Shown here: positions 46,507 through 55,823 of the stretch, in pieces
How positions within the stretch are numbered: position 1 is the stretch's first letter
How the letters are laid out: every line of letters begins with the position of its first letter
DNA from: an uncultured Gammaproteobacteria bacterium
GTDB lineage: Bacteria; Patescibacteriota; Patescibacteriia; Magasanikbacterales; UBA922
Direction: 5' to 3'
NCBI GenBank assembly: GCA_964522435.1
Contig: CAZFUL010000003.1
Location: 57,542 to 121,541, forward strand
Length of the DNA: 64,000 bases
Translations under genes and position numbers: made by a program
The notes under the pieces: generated by a model
The model's input: the letters and a program-made list of their open reading frames with translations, nothing else
What the model was told of the DNA's origin: nothing
The model's database searches: none

Positions 46507-48639
46507 TTATGCTGGTGTTTGGGGTGGTTTTTTCAATAATTTACCTTTGCGAATATCTGGTGGTTTTACTACTGTCGCGGGTGTAGGAGGGGTACTTACT
46601 TTTTGTGATCGAGGTTGTGGGGTACTGATGAAAACATCATCATCCTCCTCTTGTGATGCAGCTTGTACCATGGCCTCTTGTGCGAATGAGGCTTCGACTA
46701 ATTGAGCGATATTTGCTTCAATATCTTGTTTTTGTCTTGCTTCAAATTGTGCGAACTTTTCTTCTTGACTGATCGCGGGTCCTTCTGGGTACGTATCTTT
46801 TTCTTCAGTATTTAAGATACGAATCGGTTCTTCAGGAGAAGGAGTATCTTCTAAAAAGGTAGGAGAAAACGCCTCTTTGTAGCTAGCGCCAAGTGCCTCT
46901 GATTGATCTGTCATGAGTGGCTGTGAAGGATCACCTTTGGCGGTGGTTGTGTCGGCGAGATCTTCTATTGCTTGAGAGATGTCTCCTTTAAAGGAGGATT
47001 GTCTATTTTTTTCTTTTACTGCTGTTGTTATTTTTTCACGAGCTGAGACATGATCTGCGCCTATTTGATCAACAAATGTTTTGAGCGTATCTTTCCAATT
47101 TGGTTCGGTAATGTTAATCACCATTGTATTATCTTCTTTTTCACGTGTAGATTCTTTATCACTAAAATAGACACGGATTGGCTTGTCTTTTGGGATATCT
47201 AAAAGAGGATCCGCCATAAGGATTGTTTCTATATCTTTTCCATGTTCTTCTATAAAATCTTTTGGGATATGTTCTACATCCGCTCTAACGCGCATAATAA
47301 CAGGAACCTCTGGCATACGCTCGCGAAGCTGCGCGGTGAGGGTACGTTCAGTTGCGAAGCGTTTTGCGTTCTTCATGCTGTCAATGGCACGTGTCAATTT
47401 TTCTTGCCAATTAAATTCTTTAAGGTTTACGTTAATAATCGGAGATGCTGGATCCTCGAGTGGATTACCCGTTGGTTCATGAAGACTAAAAAAGAAAAAG
47501 GTTCCTTTCCATACATCATGAGATAATTTTTCTTGTAATATATCAGAAAGATCAGCAAGTGTTGCTTCACTCATCTGTTCATACACCGCGCGATCTTTGG
47601 GGTTTTGCATATCGCGGGTTGCAAAGTCTGCCAAAAATTTTCCTAAGAATGGTCGGAATTTTTCTGTGAGTTGTTGTAGCTGGTCCTCTTTACCTGGATC
47701 ACTATCTATTCGATCCACCATAGCCGTGATTTCTTCATTTGAAACATCGTTAAGTGTTTCTGCTGGAGTTATTTTTTCCATTGACCAAGTTCCATTGTCT
47801 ATATTTTTTTGTAGTTCCTCAAATAAATCCGTGGACCAAGGAAGAAGCTCCCATTCCTGATCACCTGTTGTGATCATTTGTTTTGTCTTTGTATCATAGC
47901 CAACAATAATCATCTCTGTTGTATCACCACTTGCGGGCTCCCTGATGCTATATTTTTCTCCTGGAATAAATTCTTGTCCACCAAAAATAAATGCATTTTT
48001 TGTATCAATATCTTTTTGATATGCTTGGTCAACAATAACAGAAGGTTCTTCTTCATCTGGCGTATTATTTATGGTATCAGCCTCCGCTTGCATTGCTGCT
48101 AAGTCTTCTGGGCTAATGAGTGGTTTATCTTGAACCACCTCAGTATCATCCGCATTTATATCTGCTGCTTCTTTTTCCCATGCTGCTAATTGTGCAGGGT
48201 CAATAAGAGGTTCTTTATCTAATAAAGGTGCCACTGCTGTATCCACCGCTTCTGCTACTGCTTGATCTGCTTGTACTTCTGCTTCTAATGCCGCAATTTC
48301 TTCTGCCGCGTCAGTTTGTCCACTCTCTTGTAATACCTTCTTTTTGGTATCCATGTTTCTGAGGATAGAGAGGGCATTGTCAATTGTTTTTACTTTTTCT
48401 TGAGAAAGTTGTTCTGCCTTTTGTTTCAGTTCTGCTTCTTCTTTGGCGTACTCAGCTTCTGTCATACCCATGAGTTTCATGTATTCTTTTTTCCAACGGT
48501 CTCCTTTTCCAAAACTATCTTTTGCTTTGTCTACAGTACCAACATCAGCCGATTTTTTTTCCAAAACGACAGGAGCTTCTTGTGAGGGGGCTTTTTCTTC
48601 TTCTGCAAGTTGTACATTTTTTTTAAACCAATTTGGCAT
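46507..48639 (-). CDS. Large acidic orphan protein
   Basis: 710-aa E/D/K-rich ORF with no TM; internal duplicated segments. Confidence 0.8.
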   Translation of the reverse strand: MPNWFKKNVQLAEEEKAPSQEAPVVLEKKSADVGTVDKAKDSFGKGDRWKKEYMKLMGMTEAEYAKEEAELKQKAEQLSQEKVKTIDNALSILRNMDTKKKVLQESGQTDAAEEIAALEAEVQADQAVAEAVDTAVAPLLDKEPLIDPAQLAAWEKEAADINADDTEVVQDKPLISPEDLAAMQAEADTINNTPDEEEPSVIVDQAYQKDIDTKNAFIFGGQEFIPGEKYSIREPASGDTTEMIIVGYDTKTKQMITTGDQEWELLPWSTDLFEELQKNIDNGTWSMEKITPAETLNDVSNEEITAMVDRIDSDPGKEDQLQQLTEKFRPFLGKFLADFATRDMQNPKDRAVYEQMSEATLADLSDILQEKLSHDVWKGTFFFFSLHEPTGNPLEDPASPIINVNLKEFNWQEKLTRAIDSMKNAKRFATERTLTAQLRERMPEVPVIMRVRADVEHIPKDFIEEHGKDIETILMADPLLDIPKDKPIRVYFSDKESTREKEDNTMVINITEPNWKDTLKTFVDQIGADHVSAREKITTAVKEKNRQSSFKGDISQAIEDLADTTTAKGDPSQPLMTDQSEALGASYKEAFSPTFLEDTPSPEEPIRILNTEEKDTYPEGPAISQEEKFAQFEARQKQDIEANIAQLVEASFAQEAMVQAASQEEDDDVFISTPQPRSQKVSTPPTPATVVKPPDIRKGKLLKKPPQTPA

Positions 48640-48648
48640 AGAAAAACA

Positions 48649-48822
48649 TTAAAGGGTATCGATGGTTTTGTGAATGTTGGTTAAATCAGCCTGCTCTTTT
48701 TGCTGTATCGCAGTAGTAAAGATCTGGTTGGCTTTTTGTTGGAGCGCATCATCTTTTTGTTGTATAGCAAACAAACGCTGCAAGAGAGTGTCGAAATGTT
48801 TTTTAATAGAAGGGAAGTTCAT
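48649..48822 (-). CDS. Small hypothetical protein (57 aa), absent from the ORF track
   Basis: Manual translation MNFPSIKKHFDTLLQRLFAIQQKDDALQQKANQIFTTAIQQKEQADLTNIHKTIDTL*; fills the gap; TATACT 9 nt upstream. Confidence 0.65.
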   Translation of the reverse strand: MNFPSIKKHFDTLLQRLFAIQQKDDALQQKANQIFTTAIQQKEQADLTNIHKTIDTL

Positions 48823-48857
48823 ATACTTGTTAGTATAGCGAAATTTTTTTATCTTGC

Positions 48858-49286
48858 CTATCCTGTTGTCCCAAATCCACCACGATTTTTTTTATTCATA
48901 CTCTCTACTTCTACCAGTGTTGCTTGATCCGCGCGTACGAGCAGTGCTTGGGCAATACGTTCTCCTTTTTCTATGCGAACCGCTTCATCAGTAAGATTTT
49001 GTACGAGAAGGTAAATCTCGTCAGCATCACCACAATAATCTTGATCAATAACAGCAATGCCATTTCGCATAGACAGACCCTTCTTTTTGGCAGAGCTAGA
49101 GCGGGCTGCAATAATAAGCGCATAGCCCTGTGGTATCTCTACCACAATATTTGCGGGTAATAACAAAAATTCCCGAGGGGGAATGGTGGCTTCAATTCTT
49201 GTGTACAGATCAAATGCCACTGCCCCGGGAGTTTGGTAAGCTGGGAGCGGCAGCGTGGTGTCAATACGTTTAATGCGTAACTCCAT
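48858..49286 (-). CDS. dut: dUTP diphosphatase
   Basis: AFDL, ARSS, IDQDYCG, GERIAQ, RGGFGTTG. Confidence 0.95.
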   Translation of the reverse strand: MELRIKRIDTTLPLPAYQTPGAVAFDLYTRIEATIPPREFLLLPANIVVEIPQGYALIIAARSSSAKKKGLSMRNGIAVIDQDYCGDADEIYLLVQNLTDEAVRIEKGERIAQALLVRADQATLVEVESMNKKNRGGFGTTG

Positions 49287-49845
49287 AGCGTTCAATAAGT
49301 GTGGTTAATTGGCGATGAAGATCTTGTTTATCACCATTATTATCAATATGTTCTGTACTGTGTTGTATGACCTCTAAAATACTCAATTCTGTTGATCGTT
49401 CATGATCCGCTAAAAATTGTTCATAGGTCTTTTTTTGATCATCCGCGTTCTCGCTTCTTGCGATAAGACGTTCATAACGAATACGGGGATCCGCAGATAC
49501 GTCTACTAAGACAAATCCTGGAATTGCTTGTAAATAAGCAATATCTGCCATACGGCGGATACCATCAACGACGATTAATTGGTGGGAATCTTCTTGTACA
49601 TCATGGGCAATAGTTTTTGCCAACACATCTTCTCCAAAATCGTTGCGGAGACTTTCAGAAATTTTTATTAAATGATCACGCGTATGTTCTACATACACCC
49701 GATCTAATATATCTCGTAAAATAGTAGAAAAACGGTAGCTTTTGGCTCCAAAGGTTTGTTCGAGGTACGCAGCACAGGTTCCTTTGCCACTGGCAAGGAG
49801 GCCTGTTAATCCAATAATACAGCGTTTGTTGTTATTGTCCTGCAT
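49270..49845 (-). CDS. P-loop nucleotide kinase (dephospho-CoA kinase/dNMP kinase-like)
   Basis: IGLTGLLASGKGT, VVDGIR, RYERL..R, IDNNG. Confidence 0.85.
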   Translation of the reverse strand: MQDNNNKRCIIGLTGLLASGKGTCAAYLEQTFGAKSYRFSTILRDILDRVYVEHTRDHLIKISESLRNDFGEDVLAKTIAHDVQEDSHQLIVVDGIRRMADIAYLQAIPGFVLVDVSADPRIRYERLIARSENADDQKKTYEQFLADHERSTELSILEVIQHSTEHIDNNGDKQDLHRQLTTLIERYGVTH

Positions 49846-50323
49846 ATTGTTCTACCATGTCATCAAAATAATGTAGCGCTATACCCACTTGACGGAACAT
49901 ATCTTCACTTTCTGCTCCGGCATGATATTTCTTTTCGCACACTACCCGCACAATGCCCGCATTAATAATCATTTGGGCACACACGCGGCAGGGGGTCATT
50001 TTGCAATATAATACAGAGCCTTCAATACTGACGCCTAGTTTTGCGGCTTGAACAATAGCATTTTGTTCGGCATGGGTGGTGCGAACACAGTGTTGGGTTT
50101 CGTGACCATCTTGGTGACGAACAATTTTAAATAAATGGCCAAGCTCATCACAATGAGGTAATCCTGCGGGAGCACCAACATAGCCGGTTACGAGAATTTG
50201 TTTGTTTTTTGCAATCACACAGCCAGAACGACCGCGATCACAGGTTGCCCGTTGCGCAACGGCTCTTGCTACCTCCATAAAATACTCATCCCACGAAGGG
50301 CGATAATGTTGTTCTTGGGTCAT
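49832..50323 (-). CDS. dCMP deaminase (ComEB-like)
   Basis: RPSWDEYFM, RATC.R, HAEQNA, TPCRVC zinc motif. Confidence 0.93.
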   Translation of the reverse strand: MTQEQHYRPSWDEYFMEVARAVAQRATCDRGRSGCVIAKNKQILVTGYVGAPAGLPHCDELGHLFKIVRHQDGHETQHCVRTTHAEQNAIVQAAKLGVSIEGSVLYCKMTPCRVCAQMIINAGIVRVVCEKKYHAGAESEDMFRQVGIALHYFDDMVEQYAGQ

Positions 50324-50411
50324 ATAAAAGAGGATAAAAAAGACAGGCAGCAAGCAAAGTGTAGCAAGTTTTTAGAGGACAATCAAATCAGGTGAGAGAT
50401 GGGAGGATAAA

Positions 50412-50442
50412 AAAATCCTGCACCATTCTGGTGCAGGATTTT
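50412..50442 (-). terminator. Terminator after rplA
   Basis: AAAATCCTGCACCA-TTC-TGGTGCAGGATTTT. Confidence 0.85.
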
Positions 50443-50456
50443 ATGTATCTGATATA

Positions 50457-51137
50457 TTAGGCTGTTACGTCAACTTTTACACTTGGCCCCATTGCAGAGG
50501 TAAGATACAGTGCTTTGATGTAGGTTCCTTTTGCGGTATTTGGTTTTGCACGGCGAAGCGCATCAAGGAACGCAACGATGTTTTCTTTTAATTGTTGTTC
50601 TGAAAAACTGACTTTTCCTACCACTTGGTGAATATTTGCGGTATCGTCATTTTTACAAGAGATTTTTCCTTTTTTGAGCTCTGTTACCATTTTAGCCACG
50701 TCAGTACCAACAGTATCAGTCTTTGGATTCGGCATGAGCCCTCGGGGTCCAAGAACACGAGCGATCATCGCGAGTTTCGGCATCATATCTGGGGTAGCAA
50801 TAGCGACATCAAAATCTACTTTACCGGTGTCTTTAATAGTTTTAATATCTTCGTCAGTAAAGATAAAGTCTGCTCCAGCATCTTTTGCTGCTTTTTCACT
50901 GTTTGGGTTTACAAAGGCAGCGACGCGTTTTGTTTTACCCACACCATGTGGAAGGGTAAGGGTCATACGAATGTGTTGGTCTGTTTTTTTGGTATTAATA
51001 CCAAGACGAGCATGCACTTCTACAGATGCGTCGAATTTTACGGTGCTTGTTGCTTTAATCAGCGGAAGGGCTTGATCAAGCGAATACAGCTTTGTACGGT
51101 CGATTTGGGCTGCCGCAGCAGTCATTCTTTTAGACAT
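50457..51137 (-). CDS. rplA: 50S ribosomal protein L1
   Basis: KFDASVE, LPHGVGK, LGPRGLMPNPK, SAMGP; start MSKR at 51137. Confidence 0.98.
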   Translation of the reverse strand: MSKRMTAAAAQIDRTKLYSLDQALPLIKATSTVKFDASVEVHARLGINTKKTDQHIRMTLTLPHGVGKTKRVAAFVNPNSEKAAKDAGADFIFTDEDIKTIKDTGKVDFDVAIATPDMMPKLAMIARVLGPRGLMPNPKTDTVGTDVAKMVTELKKGKISCKNDDTANIHQVVGKVSFSEQQLKENIVAFLDALRRAKPNTAKGTYIKALYLTSAMGPSVKVDVTA

Positions 51138-51180
51138 ATATATGGATATACCCGACTTTGCTACGCTTCGTCGGGCACGC

Positions 51181-51213
51181 GTGGTACATACCTCTGAATG
51201 ATCAGAGTCCCAC
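51181..51213 (-). promoter_or_regulatory. Putative L1-binding autoregulatory leader
   Basis: GTGG-GA-CTCTGA-TCAT-TCAGAG-GTATGTA-CCAC: GTGGGA..ACCAC stem with an asymmetric loop, directly 5' of rplA. Confidence 0.65.
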
Positions 51214-51231
51214 ATAAAAATAAGTAGGCTG

Positions 51232-51260
51232 ACTATACGAAAAAAATGCGATATTGTCAA
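51232..51260 (-). promoter_or_regulatory. Dedicated rplA promoter
   Basis: TTGACA-17-TATAGT. Confidence 0.82.
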
Positions 51261-51271
51261 GCACTCAGGGC

Positions 51272-52402
51272 TTATTGGTTGAGTTGCATAGGCATAGCCC
51301 AGCGTGTTTCAAGCCTCCCTTTGCCAATAGCTTCTTGATCAATAGTGCCCATACCGAGTGGAGCCAGAGCCCCAAGAATACGTTCTGTCGTGCTTGCATT
51401 TGCTATAAATGGCTGGCTCAGGGTATTTATGCTAATAGGAATAAGGTCATAGCTTGCTTGAATGTGCTCATCGGTTTTTTCTATTGTTATACCAAGGGTT
51501 AAGCCCTGCATGGTTTCTTCAGAAAAATATTGATCAAAAATAAAGTTTCCGAGACTATAAAAAATAAGCCGATCATTATATTGTTCAATTGGTTGAATAA
51601 CATGCGGATGTGCCCCAATCACCATGTCTACGCCAGCATCAATAAGGGCATGAGCTTCTTGGATTTGTTGGGTATTTGGTTTGTCTGTGACATATTCTGT
51701 TCCCCAGTGTGGCATAGCAATAAGAACATCTACCTCGCTATTTAATCGTTCTGCTTCGTTGACCACCTCATCAAATCCACTACCAATAAGTTCATGAAAG
51801 CCAAGAAATCCTAAGGTAATACCATGGCTACTGGTCGTAAATGATAAAAACAAGGGATCGTTATTGGGATCACCAAAAAAAGCAATGCCCGTCTCTGTTA
51901 ACACTGTTTTGGTTTGCTCTAATCCTGCTTGGCCAAAGTTATGGGTATGATTATTTGCCAAACTGAGGATATCAAAACGTCTGGATAATGGTTCTGCGAA
52001 TAATGGCGAAAAGGTAAAGGTAAAGCGGGCGCCCCCGGTGCCATTGGCAATAGATTGAAAGTTGGTGATAGGGCCTTCTAAGTTGCCGAGCCGAAGGTCG
52101 TAGTCAGAAAATAATGCGTCAATCAACAAAAAGGGGTGATCATAGCTCCCGGCTGCTTTGGTTTTTAACCAAACACTGCGGTCAAGCATCATATCTCCCA
52201 CGGCTAATAAGCGGACTACCTCTTTGGAGGGTATTTCTGGGGCTGCGGCAAGCTCCAGCTGAGATGGCGTATTAGGAAAAGGAAGAGTCGTTTTTGGAAA
52301 TAGGGATCTATTAAACAGCAATACAACAACGCTTGTTGCAAGAAACACCAGCAAACAAATAATCGCAATCAGAACATATCGTTGTGCAGCAGATAAGGGC
52401 AT
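51272..52402 (-). CDS. CapA/PgsA-family metallophosphatase-fold protein
   Basis: VGDMMLDR, GNLEGPI, SLANNH, PHWGTEY, GAHPHV, YSLGNFIFDQ; N-terminal TM. Confidence 0.93.
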   Translation of the reverse strand: MPLSAAQRYVLIAIICLLVFLATSVVVLLFNRSLFPKTTLPFPNTPSQLELAAAPEIPSKEVVRLLAVGDMMLDRSVWLKTKAAGSYDHPFLLIDALFSDYDLRLGNLEGPITNFQSIANGTGGARFTFTFSPLFAEPLSRRFDILSLANNHTHNFGQAGLEQTKTVLTETGIAFFGDPNNDPLFLSFTTSSHGITLGFLGFHELIGSGFDEVVNEAERLNSEVDVLIAMPHWGTEYVTDKPNTQQIQEAHALIDAGVDMVIGAHPHVIQPIEQYNDRLIFYSLGNFIFDQYFSEETMQGLTLGITIEKTDEHIQASYDLIPISINTLSQPFIANASTTERILGALAPLGMGTIDQEAIGKGRLETRWAMPMQLNQ

Positions 52403-52412
52403 GTGAAGAAGA

Positions 52413-53300
52413 TTATTTTTTGAGAATCACCGTACAAGAACTTGGGCTGCTATCTTCGTCAAATCCTGCAGGGCAGCTATTGTTGAGGTCGTTACTCGGG
52501 TTACACATAAGAGTCCCATCTGCACGATAGAGGGTACTAAAACAGTTGGGACAGTTTTCTATTTGAAGATAATAGGTATTTCCTGCAACGCGACAACGTG
52601 CCACTGAGGCTGATTGTACAGAAGGGTTGTCTTTTAAAAGAGAAAATGGAACGGCTACCCAATCTGGAATACCTTGTTCTGTATAAATGGGTTCTGGCGC
52701 ACTGTAATCTGGAACCGTCGGAGGAGGAGTATTAGAATTATTTTGGGATTCATTATTTGACTGTTGTTGTGAGGATCCTGTTTGAGATCCTGGTCGGCTG
52801 GGTTCTGGAACAATAGGAGGATTTGTTGGTTCTTGGCCAATAGAGCAGGTGCCTATATGTGCTACGGTTACCTGTTGTTGAGCCGCAATACATTCGTTAC
52901 TATAGGTTCTTCCGTTTGTCCCACAGATGGGGTTTGCAATGGGTTCACAAAAACGTGGAGCGTCATACACATCTTCTGCATTCGCACTGGTTGTTGGTGT
53001 ACTCAGCGCTAAAGCCGTATCAATGCCGCAGTCGCCAGATAAAAAGGCAAGGGCGTCACAACGACGTGCATCGGTTAAGACGCAATCAAACACATAGCCT
53101 TGGTCGGTCGTAATAATATCAAAGCTATTTCCATTATAGACACACCAGGCATAGGCTTGTTGCTCTTGTGTACTTGGCACGACGGTTTCATTATTGGTTA
53201 CGGGGGGTTGTTCTGTTTCTTCTTGAACACGAGAACAGCCAGCACCAAGAATAACCAAGATGCTGAGTGAAAGGAGAATACGCAAAAGAGGAATACGCAT
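52413..53300 (-). CDS. Lipoprotein with DUF333-like, Kazal and third Cys-rich domains
   Basis: Lipobox LGAGC; PICGTNGRTYSNEC (Kazal); WC..NG..C....RCD..F..G.C. Confidence 0.8.
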   Translation of the reverse strand: MRIPLLRILLSLSILVILGAGCSRVQEETEQPPVTNNETVVPSTQEQQAYAWCVYNGNSFDIITTDQGYVFDCVLTDARRCDALAFLSGDCGIDTALALSTPTTSANAEDVYDAPRFCEPIANPICGTNGRTYSNECIAAQQQVTVAHIGTCSIGQEPTNPPIVPEPSRPGSQTGSSQQQSNNESQNNSNTPPPTVPDYSAPEPIYTEQGIPDWVAVPFSLLKDNPSVQSASVARCRVAGNTYYLQIENCPNCFSTLYRADGTLMCNPSNDLNNSCPAGFDEDSSPSSCTVILKK

Positions 53301-53304
53301 AACA

Positions 53305-54315
53305 CTATGACAAAACCATGTTACTGGGCGAATGAGCAAGATAGCTATGAATATTTTCTATACCTGTATCTAAAATACGTTGAATTGCTTCTTGGCTGTT
53401 AAAGGCATTATGTGGGGTAACGAGTACTTGGGGATGATCAACGAGCACGTTATTAATAAGACTGACCCGTGTTTCTTCAGCAGAATGCTGTGAGAGTAAT
53501 TTTATCGAATCTTGCATCACATCTTCCCCTTCTAATACGTCTAAGCCAGCTCCTGCAACAATCTTGTTGTTGAGGCCATAGAGGAGTGCCTCTGAATCAA
53601 TAAGTGCGCCACGAGCCGTGTTAATAAGAATAACACCTGGTTTCATTTTTTTTATGGCTTTTTTATCTATAAGATGATAGGTGCTGTCAAACAACGGAAC
53701 ATGTAACGAAATAATATCTGATTGTTTTAAGAGTTGTGAAAGCGAAACATAGCGAAAACGATATTCTTGTTGTAATTCTTTTTTTGGCATGGTGTCAAAG
53801 GCAACAATATTTGTATGGAATCCTTGCAACATACGAATGGTGTGAATGCCAATTTTTCCTGTTCCAATAATGCCCACGGTTTTATCTTTTAAATCCATGC
53901 CGCATAAACCATGATAGTCAAAATTGCCTTCTTTTACCCGTTTAATCGCTGGAAACATTTGGCGACTTAAACAAAGCATAAGGGCAATGGTATATTCTGC
54001 CACCGTATGTTCGCCATAATTAGGAACATTGCACACGGGAATATGTTTTTTCTTTGCGTAACCAATATCAATATGATCATAGCCCGTTGAGAGCGTAACA
54101 ATCAATTGTAATTTTGGTAACGCATCAATGATTTTTTTTGATACAGGAGAATCTACAAACACCACCAGGATATTCGTTTCTTTATCAAGCGTTTCTTGGC
54201 TGAGTGGGGTATGACAAACACGCAGCGTAAGGCCGCGCAGTTTTGTGCGAAGATATGTTTTGTGTTCTGGAGTAAGCGTAAGGTAGGCGCTCACGATCGT
54301 TTTTTTCTTTAGCAT
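53305..54315 (-). CDS. D-isomer-specific 2-hydroxyacid dehydrogenase (D-lactate dehydrogenase-like)
   Basis: STGYDHID, NVP.YG..TVAE, GTGKIG, INTARG, LDVLEGE, TPHNAFNS; start MLKK at 54315. Confidence 0.92.
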   Translation of the reverse strand: MLKKKTIVSAYLTLTPEHKTYLRTKLRGLTLRVCHTPLSQETLDKETNILVVFVDSPVSKKIIDALPKLQLIVTLSTGYDHIDIGYAKKKHIPVCNVPNYGEHTVAEYTIALMLCLSRQMFPAIKRVKEGNFDYHGLCGMDLKDKTVGIIGTGKIGIHTIRMLQGFHTNIVAFDTMPKKELQQEYRFRYVSLSQLLKQSDIISLHVPLFDSTYHLIDKKAIKKMKPGVILINTARGALIDSEALLYGLNNKIVAGAGLDVLEGEDVMQDSIKLLSQHSAEETRVSLINNVLVDHPQVLVTPHNAFNSQEAIQRILDTGIENIHSYLAHSPSNMVLS

Positions 54316-54377
54316 AGTATCCGTAGTATAACAAAACTCGCCAGAGTTGGCGAGTTTCGTATATTGTATATGCGTAC

Positions 54378-54477
54378 GTCCCTTCTCGGTATACAAGCAC
54401 GAAAACGTCCTCGCGTTAGGGTACCTGCTGTACCCTGCGCTGTGGATGTTTTCTTTGCCTGTATACCGTAGCGGGAC
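54378..54477. other. 100-nt rod-like hairpin downstream of rplK
   Basis: Nested stems GTCCC/GGGAC, 13 bp, 10 bp, 3 bp and 7 bp with small internal loops. Confidence 0.8.
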
Positions 54478-54493
54478 TGATAGATGTGGCAGA

Positions 54494-54919
54494 TTAGCCT
54501 TCAATTTTTACGCCCATTTGTTTTGCGGTTCCAGCAATAATCTTCATTGCTGCGTCCACATCATTTGCGTTTAAGTCAGGCATTTTGGTTTCTGCGATTT
54601 CACGGAGTTGCGCTTTGGTAATAGTACCTGCTTTATCTTTTAATGGATTTGCAGCACCAGATTTAATACCAGCTGCTTTTTTAATCAATGAACTTGCCGG
54701 AGCAACTTTCATGATAAAGTCAAAACTGCGGTCGTCGTACACACTAATAACCACAGGAACAACTTCTCCTTTTTTGTCTGCAGTTCTATTATTAAACTGT
54801 CCACAAAAATCTTGAATGTTTAACCCGTGTTGTCCAAGTGCTGGACCGACTGGAGGTGCTGGGTTAGCAGCGCCACCAACAATTTGTAATTTAATTTGGG
54901 TGACTAATTTTTTTGCCAT
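54494..54919 (-). CDS. rplK: 50S ribosomal protein L11
   Basis: [27 protein letters not shown]. Confidence 0.98.
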   Translation of the reverse strand: MAKKLVTQIKLQIVGGAANPAPPVGPALGQHGLNIQDFCGQFNNRTADKKGEVVPVVISVYDDRSFDFIMKVAPASSLIKKAAGIKSGAANPLKDKAGTITKAQLREIAETKMPDLNANDVDAAMKIIAGTAKQMGVKIEG

Positions 54920-55040
54920 AGGTTTGATAGGATCAACTGCCTAAATAATCGACAGGAGTAAATACATTCTATTAGGGGAGAAGCTTCTGTGTTGTATTGC
55001 AGAACGCCCTAAATAAAATGTACTTACCCGACTAAAGAAA

Positions 55041-55586
55041 TTATACTTTTTTTACTTGTAAGGCATCTAATTCAACCGGTGTTTCTCGGCCAAACATGTT
55101 TACAAATACTTTAATTTTTCCACGAGTTTCGTCTACCGCGTTTACTTTTCCTTCAAATCCTTTAAACGGACCGTCGACAATCTGTACCATATCGTTCATG
55201 TTCACATCAATCTTGTGACTTGGGTCATTCACGCCCATACGTTTTTGTAAGGCATCCATTTCTTTTGCATCAATGGGGGTAGGGGTAACGCCAGAACCAA
55301 CGAATCCCGTAACATTTGGGGTGTTACGCACCACATACCAAGAATCATCGTTGACGACCATTTCTACCAACACATACCCAGGGAAGATTTTTTCTTCCAC
55401 GACTAAACGTTTTCCATTTTTAATTTTAATTTTCTTTTCTTTTGGAACCAATACCGCAAAAATACGGTCTTCCATACCAAAGGTTTCAACACGTTGCTCT
55501 AAGTTCCGTTTTACATTTTCTTCGTAACCACTGTAGGTGTGAAGAACATACCAACGTTTTCCAAGATCCTGGGTTTGTTTTGCCAT
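55041..55586 (-). CDS. nusG: Transcription termination/antitermination factor NusG
   Basis: WYVLHTYSGYE, FPGYVLVEM, VRNTPNVTGFVG, KOW, MFGRETPVEL. Confidence 0.98.
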   Translation of the reverse strand: MAKQTQDLGKRWYVLHTYSGYEENVKRNLEQRVETFGMEDRIFAVLVPKEKKIKIKNGKRLVVEEKIFPGYVLVEMVVNDDSWYVVRNTPNVTGFVGSGVTPTPIDAKEMDALQKRMGVNDPSHKIDVNMNDMVQIVDGPFKGFEGKVNAVDETRGKIKVFVNMFGRETPVELDALQVKKV

Positions 55587-55640
55587 ATAGATGAAGAACT
55601 AGGGTTGTGGTGGTGGGCACCAGCAAAAAGAAGTAAATAA

Positions 55641-55823
55641 TTATGAAATAAGAGAAGAAAGTCCAAGGTTGAGGAAGTAATCGAGAAGTCCAAAAAAGAG
55701 GGCAACCGTAATACTTAAAATAACCACTACTGCTGAGTAATAGGTCGTTTGTTTCTTGGTTGGCCAAGTGACTTTTTTCATTTCATGAATTGCTTCAATG
55801 AGATAGTTTTTGAGGGCGGTCAT
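55641..55823 (-). CDS. secE: Preprotein translocase subunit SecE
   Basis: EMKKVTWPT plus a single TM; start MTALK at 55823. Confidence 0.95.
   Translation of the reverse strand: MTALKNYLIEAIHEMKKVTWPTKKQTTYYSAVVVILSITVALFFGLLDYFLNLGLSSLIS

Noticed and set aside
54378-54477. SRP RNA or 6S RNA
   Set aside because: There is no GNRA-capped domain IV with the CAGG/AGCA symmetric loop, and it is short for 6S with no clear large central bubble; kept only as an unclassified hairpin
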